The notes under the pieces are model-generated. The model had not been told where the DNA came from, made no database searches, and saw nothing but the letters and a program-made list of their open reading frames with translations. 64,000 nucleotides of DNA from Eledone cirrhosa (taxonomy: Eukaryota), in assembly GCA_964016885.1 (NCBI GenBank), contig OZ024747.1, forward strand, positions 4,712,001 through 4,776,000, read 5' to 3'. Shown here one piece after another: positions 28,497 through 46,482 of the stretch (within the stretch, counting starts at the first letter, position 1; each line of letters begins with the position of its first letter). The position numbers and the translations under genes were made by a program.

Positions 28497-28692
28497 CTGT
28501 ATGTGTAATGTTTGGATATATATATATATGAAGTATTTCTGTAGGAAGGGTAAAGGAAAGGAGAGTACTCTATGTATGTTACAGAGCTATTTAATTATGT
28601 AATAAACAACATAAGACAATTATTCCATTTACCAAAGGTTTCATGAAGACAGACGAGCTCAACAGAGACGTCTGAAATGGCTCATCAGGATG

Positions 28693-31805
<3,113 letters not shown>

Positions 31806-31819
31806 GTATACTCTTTTAC

Positions 31820-32330
31820 TCCTTTTCTTGTTCCACCAATCCGGCTGAGGCCATGCGGGGGCATCGCCCTTGTTGCTTCATTTTCTATATCCAGCCTGCG
31901 TTGGCTGCCCATTCATATAAGAGGGAGTTCGTTGCTGCAGCCCTTAGGCTACCTTCATTCCTTGCTGTGGGTTCATCTGGGATACTGAATAGCAGAGTGT
32001 CAAGATGTTTCTTGAAAACATCCACGTCCCCACCATGCAGATCTCTCAAGTTGCTTGGCAGCTTGTTGAAGATTTGGGGTCCTTTGAACCCCAGGCTATT
32101 GCAATACCTGCTTCTTACTCTAGTTGGCACCACACAGTGATGTCTTGTTCGAGGGTTGGTCCAGCTCTCAATGCCAAAGTTTGGTGCTAGTCTTTCCAGG
32201 ATCTTCCATATGAATCTCTCTGCATACCTCGCCCATCTTCGTTCCATGAAGTAGAGTTTTAGTCCTTTTAACCTCTCTCAGTAGCTCATCTCCTTCTTCG
32301 TGGCAATCCCCTTGGTGTAGCTGCGTCAGA
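31820..32330 (-). mobile_element. CR1-group LINE 3' fragment
   Basis: ORF 31885-32247: ERRWARY..IWKILE.LAPNFGI...[38 protein letters not shown]. Confidence 0.75.
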
Positions 32331-32434
32331 TTGTTTCAAGCTCCGTGGTTATGTATGTATAAATGTATGTATATAGAAATATATACATACACACACATAC
32401 ATAAGCATAGACCCACGCTCGTTCTCAAACGTTG

Positions 32435-32545
<111 letters not shown>

Positions 32546-32891
32546 ACATAAATTTTGCACAAAAATGGTGATAAAAAAGTGAAAGGTAAATATGAAAGAA
32601 AAAGCGATTTTAAAAGCAGAAAGATAAGATTGACAAGCATTTATATTTGAGATGAAATTAGTTCGACATTGGAAATGGGAAATATTCTCAGCCTTAACTA
32701 TCTTCTGCAAAATTCCTGACACAAAAGAAAGAAATAATAAAAAGATAAAGGAAAATAAGGTTAAAAAAATGGCAGATGTTGATAATGACAAAATTAGATG
32801 TGACAATCTACTGGCAGGCATGGAAAAGGAGTGAACTCAACTAGAGGTATATATATATATCATAACACATGAATATACACAGTTATATATA

Positions 32892-32954
<63 letters not shown>

Positions 32955-33007
32955 CGTTTCTGAATTTGTTTAGCAAGATTCTTTATCTGAAAACGTGTGT
33001 TGAAACC

Positions 33008-33289
<282 letters not shown>

Positions 33290-33326
33290 GTATGTATATA
33301 TATATATATGTATATATATATATGTG

Positions 33327-33360
<34 letters not shown>

Positions 33361-34192
33361 CTTGCTTACTTATTTACACACATATATCTAGAGAGATAAT
33401 AACATAATAGCAGTGATAAAAATATTATTAATTATGATGATTATGATGATGCTGATGATAATGATAATGATGATGATGATGATGATGATGACGCAATTAA
33501 ATTTAGATTTTATGTTGACTTTCACGTTCGTGCTTCTTGATGCGAGTAAAAGTTTTTATTGTAAATTCTGAACTGATCTTGTTATGATTTGTTTGTTCAG
33601 AAAGAGGCTTGTAAATAATGATGAGCTTCTAAATGTTAAACGTTTAATATGTAAAGTTTACCATTGGAATATTTAAAATATAACTATTGACATTGGATTT
33701 AGGTAGAAGGGTAGAAATAAATGTTATTGAATAGGATATGAGGAATACCTGCGTGGAGATAGACACCGAGAAAAGGTGGAATTGTGACACAAAAGAAAGT
33801 TGACGGTATAGGATGGGTAAATGGAATGGTGAAACAGATAAAGAGAAGATTGAGAGAGATGGAGGTAGAGTGGTAGAAAGATAATAAGATGGAGAAAGAG
33901 AGAGAGAGAGAGAGAGTAATAGTGTGAAAGAGTCTAAAGATAAGAGTAAGTGCAATAGATATAAAAGTGTAATAAAAGACAGATATTTATGAAGGAGGTA
34001 TGAAAAAATGAACAAGAAAATATAAGGTGTTTAAATATAAGAGTAACTGGTCAACTGGGGAGATACATTACTGTGAGCCTGGTGTAGTCTGTGACTAATC
34101 CAGGCTCTGTTACACTTCAGGCCGAGGAGGGTAAACTGTCCAAATAACGGTCGCACTCCGGCACGTTTGGGACCGAGACCGTAGAAATGGAG

Positions 34193-34533
34193 ATTTCTGG
34201 AGACCTTGACCCTAGGACCAGCTTCCTACTTGCCACCATCAGAAACTGGTGTCCTTGGCCCTAGGACCACCTCCCTACTCACCACCATCGACTTCTGGTG
34301 TCCTTGACCCTAGGACTACCTCCTTATTCACCACCATCAGCTTCTGGTGTCCTTGACCCTAGGACCACCTCCCTACTCACCACCATCAGCTTCTGGTGTC
34401 CTTGACCCTAGGACCAGCTCCCTACTTGCCACCATCAGCTTCTGGTGTCCTTGGCGCTAGGACCAGTTCCCTACCCACCATCATCGACTTCTGGTGTCCT
34501 TGACCCTAGGGCCACCTCCGTACCCACCACCAT
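34193..34533. repeat. ~49-51-bp minisatellite, ~7 copies, inside an LTR-like repeat (34070-34695)
   Basis: cttctggtgtccttgaccctaggaccacctccctactcaccaccatcag; period 49 at 34341/34390. Confidence 0.85.
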
Positions 34534-35158
34534 TGGCACAGAGTTGACTACCCGCAGGTATCAGCTTCGCGATTGGAATGGCTGCTCTTCCAAAGCGTCT
34601 CCCTCACCCTCCTCCGGGGAAACCTTCTCTATTCTGTCCATTTACTTATAATAGTGAGAGGTGAGGAGAGCGAGAAAGACGGAGTCAATGAGTGAAGGAA
34701 AGAGGACATGAACGTAGACAGGCACTTGATAAGACATTACAGTTAAGAATATATTATAGTTTGTAAGTGTATTGAAGCAGGGAAAGAAGAGAAAGTCAGA
34801 GTAATATAAAGAAAAGTACGAAATAGGAAAAGGAAGGTAAATGTGATGTGGACAGAGACATATCTAGTGATCGGTAATTAGATATACGGAAATATTTACA
34901 AGAGTCAATGGTCAAAAACTGATCTGAATATATTTTCTAATTATGAGTAAAAACAGAAATCGTTTGACAAATAATTTCCAGTTCTTTTGCTGCAAAACTT
35001 TGAATAAAAATTATCTAATAAAGAATCTTTGAGAAAAATGTGAGTTAGGGAGATGGATTTTAAATATTCATAGGATATTTAAAGAACTTCAGTACATTAA
35101 AACTTGAGATGCCTTTAGCTTTCTGTCTCCAGACATGCTTAGAAAGAGACATTGTGTT

Positions 35159-35388
<230 letters not shown>

Positions 35389-35539
35389 CACACATATATA
35401 CATACACATATACACGCACACTAAGCTGATATATTTCTTCCATGAACTGTGTCATTTGTTTTGTTATTTTTGTTTACCTTTTAAATACATACATACATTT
35501 ATATATATATATATGTGTGTGTGAGTGTGTGTTTGTGTG

Positions 35540-35588
<49 letters not shown>

Positions 35589-35631
35589 ATATATATATAT
35601 ATGTATATATGTATATATATATATATATGTA

Positions 35632-35921
<290 letters not shown>

Positions 35922-36044
35922 AGCAGTTCCATAGAAGGCAAAATCGAAATAATTGCGTTGGCGGCTGTGCCTTTGGCCTTATATCAATCTAAATTCCCCA
36001 TTATATATATATATACATATACATAAATACATACATACATATAC

Positions 36045-36117
<73 letters not shown>

Positions 36118-36212
36118 GTATTGTATGCGTAGTTATCTATAAGCTGAATTTCTTCTCTTCTTCTTTGTCTATATGTCTTTATTATCTCTCATGTATCGTT
36201 CTTTGTTTGTAG

Positions 36213-36442
36213 GGCATAAGTCTTCCCAGCTACATACACTCAGCCGAGGTAAACATCCCAATCCGACCACAAAGGGTTCAAACGAAGGTAATATCAGCCC
36301 GAACCCAACATCCAATGACGTCATTGACTTGAAATCAATACGGGTGACCAGTGCCAGTCCTAACATCCCTTCACAGCACTGGAATCTACCGATGAGGAAC
36401 AGTTTTACATCTTACACAAAACCTTTACCAGCAGTACCCAAG
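36213..36442 (+). CDS. Protocadherin cytoplasmic exon (G-HKSSQLHT...QHWNLPMRNSFTSYTKPLPAVPK)
   Basis: Acceptor ctttgtttgtag at 36212, phase 1, matching the previous exon. 230 nt of complex, S/P/T-rich coding sequence within ORF 36173-36682. Donor AAG|GTACGA at 36442/36443 (phase 0). Confidence 0.8.
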
Positions 36443-36809
36443 GTACGAATCTTTTACAATTATCTTCTCTCCTCTTTGTCTCAGATCTTGTTTCTCTTTC
36501 TCTCTCTCTCTTTCTCCCCCTCTCTCTCCCTCTCTCTCTCTCACTCACACGTTCGCCATCTCTCTCTCTCTATCTCTCTCTTTATCTATCCTTCTCTTTA
36601 TTCCCTCTTTCTCCCCATCTTACTCTCACCAACCAGGGATAAGCTGTGCCTACATGGGAAAATGGAAACTAGTTATCTCTAACATGAATACATATCTTTT
36701 AGAAATATATTGACAACATTAAGGTTTTCCATAGATTCCTATGTGGAACTTATAGTTTATTTGGAACAATAAAGTTCCTATATCCATTAATAATATTCCT
36801 CTATTTTAG

Positions 36810-36824
36810 CAGACTTATACTTAA
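36810..36824 (+). CDS. Probable terminal coding exon of the protocadherin (QTYT* or TYT*), followed by 3'UTR
   Basis: Acceptor ttcctctattttag|cag, phase 0, stop TAA at 36822-36824. Followed by ~700 nt of non-repetitive AT-rich sequence with AATAAA near 37208 and 37453. Confidence 0.55.
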   Translation, partial: QTYT

Positions 36825-38115
36825 TATGTGAACTGCTGTGGGCTTCTTTACGGCCCCTTTTATAGTAGGCGAGTATATTCTGTACAGACTTATAATAATC
36901 TCACCAACAGAGTTATACGTCATCAATCATGGTTTTTCTGTTTATAATCCGTATATTTTAGCATTGTGTTGTGTTATGAGCAATGTTTCCTTTATTAAAC
37001 AACTATTTTTGTAGGGAATTATATATAGCTTCGATGTATTTTCCGTTAATATTTTTTTATCTCGCCTTATTTTCTGGAGTGTTGTGTAGCGCATTACAAT
37101 TGCTCTTTGTTGCAAGGCGAGGGCATGGTGAACTTACCGGAATGTGTTATAATTGAGTGACTGATAATATACTACTAAACATTCTAATCATAATCCCTCT
37201 TATCAACAATAAACCACAAGTGTATAAAGCCAAGAACAAGCTACACACCATTCATGAGATTGTAGCTGAGGAAGTCGTACATGTCATGAATCTGTTACAT
37301 GAGCCATACAGTTAGGGCAGGATCTCTGTTAGGTTCACCATGTATTTAAATCATATTTCACACTGATACAATAAGTAACCGCCTCGTTCTTTGTCAATTC
37401 CTGGTCGATTTACTTATCGACCACCCCTGATATCTACAGATTCTGTACATGAAATAAAGACGAGTAACTGTTTTTATTTCAACAGCGACTGAAGGGTTGA
37501 ATATTAGGGGAAACAATTAGATATCTAACGACGTAAGATGTAGTAAATATTTCGGAATTTTTTCTTTGTAGTATATTTAATAATTGTTTCTACTTTTGGC
37601 ACAAGGCCAGCAATTACCCAGTGTATTACTGGTACCTTATTTTATCGACCCCGTAAGGATGAAAGGCAAAGTTATCCTCGGCAGGATTTGAACACAGAAT
37701 GACAAGGGTCGTAACTCTGTGCGTCAAAGCATGGCGTCCGACCCTCTACCGATACTGCCAATCCACCGCCCTGTAGTATATTTAATAATATCACTATTTA
37801 AGTTTATGTAATTCATATAGACTTAAGGTCATATCACCGACTACCTGTTAAGTCGTTGAGTACTCTTAGTGATTAAATAACTTGCTTTAATGAAGTAAAA
37901 TTATATTGGCTCGGTAACTGTGCACCATACATAATACACACATACAATCATGCATATATACAGGGTGACCCCCAAGAATGTATACGCACTCCAACAGCTT
38001 TCTAATAATTATGTATACATTTTTGGAACACAGATGTATATATATGTGTGGATGTATTTGCATATGCATGCATATTTATCTATCTATCTATCTATCTATC
38101 TTTCAATCTCTCTCT

Positions 38116-38215
<100 letters not shown>

Positions 38216-38317
38216 CACATATAACTCAATAGATGTATATCAGCACATATGTGTATGTATAATTATATGAGTTTATTTGATAATATATCGGTTTATATGG
38301 GAATGTGAGTTTGCAAG

Positions 38318-38931
38318 TATATGTGTGCGTGTATGTGTGTGTGTGTATGTATGTATATGTATGTGTGTGTATGTCTGTATATGTGTGTGTATGTATATGT
38401 GTGTGTATGTATGTGTGTGTGTATGTATGTATATGTGTGTGTATGTATATGTGTGTGTATGTATGTATATGTATGTGTGTGTATGTATGTATATGTATGT
38501 GTGTGTATGTATGTGTGTGTGTATGTATGTATATGTGTGTGTATGTATGTGTGTGTGTATGTATGTATATGTGTGTGTATGTATATGTATGTGTGTGTAT
38601 GTCTGTATATGTGTGTGTATGTATATGTGTGTGTATGTATGTATATGTGTGTGTGTATGTATATGTGTGTGTATGTATGTATATGTGTGTGTATGTATAT
38701 GTGTGTGTATGTATGTATATGTGTGTGGATGTATGTATGTGTGTGTGTATGTATATGTGTGTGTATGTATGTATATGTGTGTGGATGTCTGTATGTGTGT
38801 GTGTGTGTGTATATGTGTGTGTATGTCTGTATATGTGTGTGTATGTATGTGTGTGTGTATGTATGTATATGTGTGTGTATGTATATGTATATGTGTGTGT
38901 ATGTCTGTATATGTGTGTGTATGTATGTATA

Positions 38932-38964
<33 letters not shown>

Positions 38965-39230
38965 ATGTATATGTGTGTGTATGTATATGTGTGTGGATGT
39001 CTGTATATGTGTGTGTATGTATGTCTGTATATGTGTGTGTATGTATATGTATGTGTGTGTATGTCTGTATATGTGTGTGTATGTATATGTGTATGTATGT
39101 ATATGTGTGTGTATGTATATGTGTGTGTATGTATATGTGTGTGTATGTATGTATATGTGTGTGTATGTATGTATATGTGTGTGTATGTATGTATATGTGT
39201 GTGTATGTATGTATATGTGTGTGGATGTCT
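38318..39230. repeat. (TG/TATG)n compound microsatellite
   Basis: Directly visible. Confidence 0.9.
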
Positions 39231-40119
39231 GTTTCTACTGAATGAATACGACTGCATTGAAGTTTTATCAAACGTTATGAGGAGATGGGTGGGGCCGCAC
39301 TATTGATAGTGGTGGTGGTGGTGGTGGTGGCGGTGGTGGTGGTGGTGGTGGTGGTGGTGGCAGTGGTGATGGTGGTGGTGGTGGCGGTGGTGGCGGTGGT
39401 GGTGGTGGTGGTGGTGGTGGCGTTGGTGGTGGTGTTGGTGGTGGTGGCAGTGGTGTTGGTGTTGGTGGTGGTGGTGGTGGTGGTGGTGGTGGTTGTAGTG
39501 GTACTGGTGGTGGTGTTGGTGGTGGTGGTGGTGAGTGGTGGTGGACGGTGTTGGTGGTGGACGGGAGTCAAGACGGAAGATAAAGGAGGAGGAGGCTGGC
39601 AGTGGATGGTATAGGAAGAGTGAGGTTGGTAAGAGCTATTGTTAGCATCAATCTAAACACGTCGTAGAATAGAAGAAGCAATAAGATCTATATTTTCCAA
39701 TGGTAACTAGCTTTCCTCTGAAGTCCTTCTCTCATAACCAAAGAAAGCCGCTGTCCATTCCATTGGTTTCTTCCTGCTTCGTTGAACATTGGTAAGCTTC
39801 TGACTGATTCTCAGAACAGCTGCTAAGATAATAAGGAATATTAGCTTTTGATTGGCGGTGACAATGCAGTTATTTATTGACGTCAACGGCGAAGGAGGAG
39901 GAGGAGACGAGATATGAAGCCGGTCAAAGCACTGGCTTTCTTGAATATATAACAAGGTAGTTGTAAATAAATTAACTGTCTTTTCTAATGATATTTCAAC
40001 TGTCCGATCATCCCCCTCCCCAGCCACTACCACCATCTTCCGTGGCTTTCATTTCTCCTTCTTCCCAACTTGCTTTCTTCCATATCCTTCATCATCGTCA
40101 GTTGTCTACTAATTTACAC

Positions 40120-40183
<64 letters not shown>

Positions 40184-40242
40184 TTTTAATATAGATGAGA
40201 TTCTACAGGACTAAAACTGTTTCATTCTTTAGAAATCCTCAG

Positions 40243-40295
40243 GAGATTCCTGATGATTTCTAAAGAATGAAACAGTTCTAGTCCTGTAGAATCTC
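40243..40295 (+). ncRNA. Canonical type I hammerhead in the fold-back element 40182-40378
   Basis: gagattc-CTGATGA-t ttct aa agaa t-GAAACAG ttctagtc CT-GTA^-gaatctc; perfect 7-bp stem I. Confidence 0.85.
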
Positions 40296-40376
40296 ATCTA
40301 TATTAAAACGTTTATACTCTGCTATGTATTGAGTACCTTACTTACTGTTGTTACCTCCGATTCAACCCGGAATAAC

Positions 40377-40430
<54 letters not shown>

Positions 40431-40434
<4 letters not shown>

Positions 40435-41447
40435 TGAAACAAAATGAAAACGAAATTTCATTTCTCACTCTTAGTATGGCACTTACTTAAATGTAAGTAT
40501 GCATGTATACGTACATACATATATGTATACAGACGTACAGTAGCATGCACATATATATATATATATACATATATACATACATATGCATACAGGTACACAT
40601 ACATATATGCACGTATCAGTTTAGCGGCGCTAACGTCGCTTTGTTCGTTTGTAAAGTATATACTTTCGAACGTTCAACTATCTGGCAGATGGGTAAACGG
40701 TGCTGATGATAGCTAACAAGCTTGAAACTAGTACATCGTTCCTGTGTCAGTGTTGAACAAAAAGGTGACGTGGTTGCCTTAACACCGTATGGCATAAATT
40801 CAGGCTGTTCAGTTTGTTTACAAACGAACAAAGCGACGTTAGCGCCGCTAAACTGATAAGTGCATATATGTATGTGTACCTGTATGCATATGTATGTATA
40901 TATGTATATATATATATATATGTGCATGCTACTGTACGTCTGTATACATATATGTATGTACGTATACATGCATACTTACATTTAAGTAAGTGCCATACTA
41001 AGAGTGAGAAATGAAATTTCGTTTTCATTTTGTTTCAATTTATCGTTTTCGGTATGCCTGACCGATTTAACTCACTCAATATGCAAATTAGGCTGCTCAG
41101 CCGTTAATTTTCATAAGGAAAGTATATACTTTCGAACGTTCAACTATCTGGCAGATGGGTAAACGGTGCTGATGATAGCTAACAAGCTTGAAACTAGTAC
41201 ATCGTTCCTGTGTCAGTGTTGAACAAAAAGGTGACGTGGTTGCCTTAACACCGTATGGCATAAATTCAGGCTGTTCAGTTTGTTTACAAACGAACAAAGC
41301 GACGTTAGCGCCGCTAAACTGATACGTGCATATATGTATGTGTACCTGTATGCATATGTATGTATATATGTATATATATATATATATATGTGCATGCTAC
41401 TGTACGTCTGTATACATATATGTATGTACGTATACATGCATACTTAC

Positions 41448-41448
<1 letters not shown>
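40431..41448 (+). mobile_element. Retrozyme-like element: ~1.7 tandem copies of a 466-nt HHR monomer preceded by a ~224-nt inverted segment
   Basis: aaagtatatactttcgaacg at 40653 and 41119; 40431-40655 is the reverse complement of ~40816-41041; flanked by (TA)n. Confidence 0.85.
40696..40740 (+). ncRNA. Canonical type I hammerhead; identical copy at 41162-41206
   Basis: aacggtg-CTGATGA-t agct aaca agct t-GAAAC ta GTA^-catcgtt. Stem I is extended by ctggca/tgtcag and gttcaac/gttgaac. Confidence 0.88.
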
Positions 41449-41479
<31 letters not shown>

Positions 41480-41675
41480 CATATATATGTGTGTGTGTGA
41501 CTTTATGTGTCTGAATGTCTATATGTGTGTGTGAGTCTATGTGTCCATGTATGTGTTTGTTAGTGTTTGTGCAATGTGGTAATTTAACAATAAACATACT
41601 GTAACATACACACACACACACGTACACGCAGATAGATGTGCATGTGTGTATGTGCATGGTTGTTTGTTTAGTATG

Positions 41676-41709
<34 letters not shown>

Positions 41710-41774
41710 AGCTGTCGAAATAGCAAGAGCTCAGCCGTCGAGCCCCGACTCTTTCTAATACACACACACACACT

Positions 41775-41993
<219 letters not shown>

Positions 41994-42622
41994 AATGCAT
42001 CCCAATACTTGACTGTTAGTTTTACACCCCAAGGTGTGACGATGGAGTAGGGACCACGGTGTCACCCCCCCCCCCCCCCCCCGGATTACTTTCAACCGTA
42101 AACAACCGTAAACATTTCTAGAGTGTGAGACAACAGGCTTTGTGGCATCGAGTTATGGCCTTTTACGTTCTGAGTTCAAATTGTGTCGAGGTTAGCTTTG
42201 CCCTTCATCGTTACGGGGTCGATTAAATAAAATACCAGTAATACACTGAGGGCGATTTAATCGACTTACTTTCCTCGAAATTGCTGGCCTTCTGCCTGAT
42301 CTTGAAACCAAGATTATATATTTTATTATCCGTTATATTCTTACTTTTAGAGTGAGTGAGCTGTTATTTCTAGTAGGCTGGGTGGCAGTACTGTGGCCGC
42401 CACGTTGACATACCTGTGGTGTAGATGTATATATGTATATATTTGTTTTGTTGATACATGACAATCAGCGACAGGTAGAAATACTTAACTGGACCTAATA
42501 CAGATTAAAAACACTGTCAGGGTATAATAACATTACAGACCAAGAAACGTGTGTGAGAGTTAAATATAGACATAACATATATATACACTGAGAAGCTTGC
42601 GTGGCACACACACACACACACA

Positions 42623-42679
<57 letters not shown>

Positions 42680-42681
<2 letters not shown>

Positions 42682-42843
42682 CGAAGGAAATGTGGTAAGG
42701 AACCAGGTGGACCATAACGCATCAAAGTACTCAATACTTAGGGTAGTAGAGTGGGTAATAGGAACAAGTAAGACCCCGACGGCTGAGCTCAGAATTAGCC
42801 GTCGAAACGGCTTGAGCTCAGCCATCGGGGTCTTACTTGTTCC

Positions 42844-42846
<3 letters not shown>
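42680..42846. mobile_element. TA-inserted fold-back pLTR-like family (also 23688-23828, 26482-26560, 41710-41760, 63737-63945)
   Basis: Shared aacgaagga..tgtggtaaggaaccag..gtactcaatactta...gggtaatagga plus the hammerhead 3' half GAAAC ggcttgagctcagcc (G/A)TC gggg. Confidence 0.65.
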
Positions 42847-42879
<33 letters not shown>

Positions 42880-42925
42880 TACACATACATATATATATAT
42901 ATATATATACATACACACACACACA

Positions 42926-42969
<44 letters not shown>

Positions 42970-43016
42970 TACACATATATATATATATATATACATACAC
43001 ACACACACACACACGC

Positions 43017-43110
<94 letters not shown>

Positions 43111-43144
43111 CACACACACACACACGCATATTATATATATATTG

Positions 43145-43218
43145 GGTCGTCAAGTATGAAACTTGTAGAAATTTGTTGTTTTTTCAAGAAGTTTCTACAA
43201 ATTTCATACTTGACCCTA
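43145..43218. repeat. Short hairpin/MITE-like insert in (TA)n
   Basis: gtcaagtatgaaacttgtagaaa ... tttctacaaatttcatacttgac. Confidence 0.6.
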
Positions 43219-43477
43219 TATATATATATACACACACTCACACATACACACACACTTACACGCTCTCACACATACACACATACATACACTCACACATACA
43301 CGCATATATTCACAACTTCTTTGCAAGTCTCTCTCCCTCTCTAATATATTTAAATGTCATCTTTTAAGCTTCTGGCTTTCCCTTCACTTATGTCAAAGGT
43401 CAAATAAACACGAAACAGTTGGTTGGCGTAATTGTAAACAGCTTTCAGAGTGAATGTTATCAGCTATAAACAGGAGA

Positions 43478-43776
43478 GTTGGTCGGTGGGTTGGTTGGTT
43501 GGTTTGTTGGTTGGTTGGTTGGTTGGTTGGTTGGTTGGTTGGTTGGTTGGTTGGCTGGTTGGCTAGTTGGTTGGTTGGCTGGTTGGTTGGTTGGCTGGTT
43601 GGCTAGTTGGTTGGTTGGCTGGTCGATTGGTTGGTTGGCTGGTTGGCTGGTTGGGTGGTTGGTCAGTGGGTTGGCTGGTTGGCTGGTTGGTTGGTTGGCT
43701 GGTTGGCTGGTTGGCTGGTTGGCTGGTTGACTGGTTGGCTGGTTGACTGGTTGGCTGGTTGACTGGTTGGCTGGTT
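43478..43776. repeat. (TGGT/TGGC)n tetramer satellite
   Basis: Directly visible. Confidence 0.9.
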
Positions 43777-44842
43777 CGCCGCTTCAAGGTGGAAGTTTTG
43801 TGGAATTAAGGGAGGAGGTCAGATGAATTAATGTTACAATAGCAGACAAAAGGAGGCGGGGAACTGACCAAGTTGTTTGAGCATTGGACAAATTATTTGT
43901 TCTGGCTCTCTGCACAGTAAGTTCAAATTCCGCCCTAATCTACATTGCTTTGAATCCTTCGGGGTCGGTTTAGTCAGGGCTTAATTTAATGGGGAGGGGG
44001 GGGGGTGAAGAGCGTGAAGGGGGAAATTGCTGCGGACCCCCTACAATCGGTGGAGACCCACAAGCAACGGCTGTAGCAATTTACTTGTTCCCTCTGCTGG
44101 GCTTTTTAGTTTTAGGATGGTTAGGTTTCTTTAAATTTAATACCTGTATGTATAACTTTTCAGTTCCAATTACTTGCACCAAGCTGACTATGATAGGTAA
44201 CATTGGGGGTTGCTGTGTAATCTACTTTTTTGTGTATGAGGATCCCCCAATCATGAAGTGTCCCGTGTCCCCTAAAGTCTAAATCCGACCCTGGGTTCCG
44301 TTAATTCTCCTCTAGGGCAGCGGATTGGCAGAATTGTTAAAGTGTAGGATGAGTTGTTTCTAGGCAGCTGATTTGGTCCCCTTTTTCCTTCCTTCACTCC
44401 TTCCCTTCCTTCATTGTTTTCTTTCTGCCTATCCTTCTTTCATTCTCTTATATTTTTGCTTCGTTCTTTATTCCCATTTATTTTCCTTTTTTAACTCACT
44501 TTCTTTCTTTCCTTCACTCTATCTTTCACTCACTCATTCTTTCTACCTTTTCATTCTTTTCTTGTTTCGCCATCTTTCTAACGATCACTTTGATATTTTC
44601 TGTTTCATCCAGTAGGACACCAAAACAGAGCTAATGTAATAATTACCAATCCTGAAGACCATCATAAGATGACCAATGGAACACACTGGTTTGATATTGA
44701 TTCTTTTGAGGCCTCTACAGAAAGTGCCACCTCAACCCTTCCACAAACATGGCCTCCTGTGAAAGGTGACACCCAGCAACAAGTGAATTATCAATACATC
44801 CATCAGTCAACGCAGAAATAAGGCAACATTCATGAGACATTT

Positions 44843-44948
<106 letters not shown>

Positions 44949-46024
44949 CAGGCAATGACTAAGGAGAAGAATATACGCCAAAACAAAAAAAAGAGTGATA
45001 GAAAAACTTGCTCAATCCCCTATTGAAGTAAATTTCAATATAAAGAGGGGTCTAAATAACGCCATGTACTCGTTGAGAGGTTTATACATAGTTTTGCTAT
45101 TTCCGTTGCCATTGTCAACATAACTGTGATGTGTCTAATGAGAAGGGGAACTTCTCTCGAAATATTTCAGAATGATATCCAAATCTAAAGTACTAAGAAG
45201 CTCGTCTTCTTCAGTGGACTTTAACCAAGAATATCTAATTCTGTAACATATACATTAACATCTATCTCTGATGAAGGTCCCTGCACCCGTTATGTTAGAA
45301 TTTACCATTTCCTCACGGTATACAAAATTATAATTAATTTTAAGAACTTTTATCAAACTAAAATTTGCCGACAAAAACATCAATAAATACCTTGTTTTTT
45401 CAATTTTTTATTATTATTTTTATTTCATCATTTATCTGACCAGAAGATTAAAAAAAAAAAGAACTATGATTGTTTTTTCAACAACTCCAAATCTTACCCC
45501 CAGAGAAAAAAGTGAATAAAATGTAAAAATTTAGGGCCAAAAATACGAAAATATAATGAAATAAAATACATTACATTCCTAAGAAAAGAAAATATCTTGG
45601 CTGTTGTAACAGCTGATACATTTATGTATTATATTGCTTGTCTTCATATTCCATCTGTAAAATAAATACAAATAATATAATATTGGAGTTATTTGACTTA
45701 ATATATACACACAAATACATAGATATTTGTGTGTGTGATTATGTATGTATATGTATGTATATGTATGCGGCTCAGTAGTTACCGATGGTGTGTTGATCTG
45801 TTCTTCTTTGCGGGTTATAGCTACTGTCGCTCAGAGAATGGGATTGGTTCAGTGCACAGTCTTTCTTCAGTTAAAAAAAAAATCTTCACGCACAGGCATT
45901 GCACGATAGAATTAATTAATAATTATTAATAATGTTATATCGTGCAATGGCCATACTCGATAACGAGGGGGCAGTCATCATATGTATGTATGTATGTATA
46001 TATATATATATATATGTATATGCA

Positions 46025-46073
<49 letters not shown>

Positions 46074-46143
46074 ATGTATGTATATATATAAAAAATATAT
46101 ATATATATATATGTATATATGTAACTATATATGTATATATGTG

Positions 46144-46253
<110 letters not shown>

Positions 46254-46371
46254 TATATGGCGTCCTTTCTAGGGGTAGTTTTGTATTCTCAGTCGCTTCA
46301 CGCCACGAAACCTGGATAAGCACCGGACTAATGAGATATCTAACTGAAGACACACTTTAGACATATATATG

Positions 46372-46482
<111 letters not shown>

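Noticed and set aside
44650-44700. CTGAAGA-ccat...atgg hammerhead-like motif (also CTGATGA at 13770 and 45269)
   Set aside because: No properly placed GAAA and NUH/stem I could be found. 45269 may be a decayed PLE end but cannot be supported.
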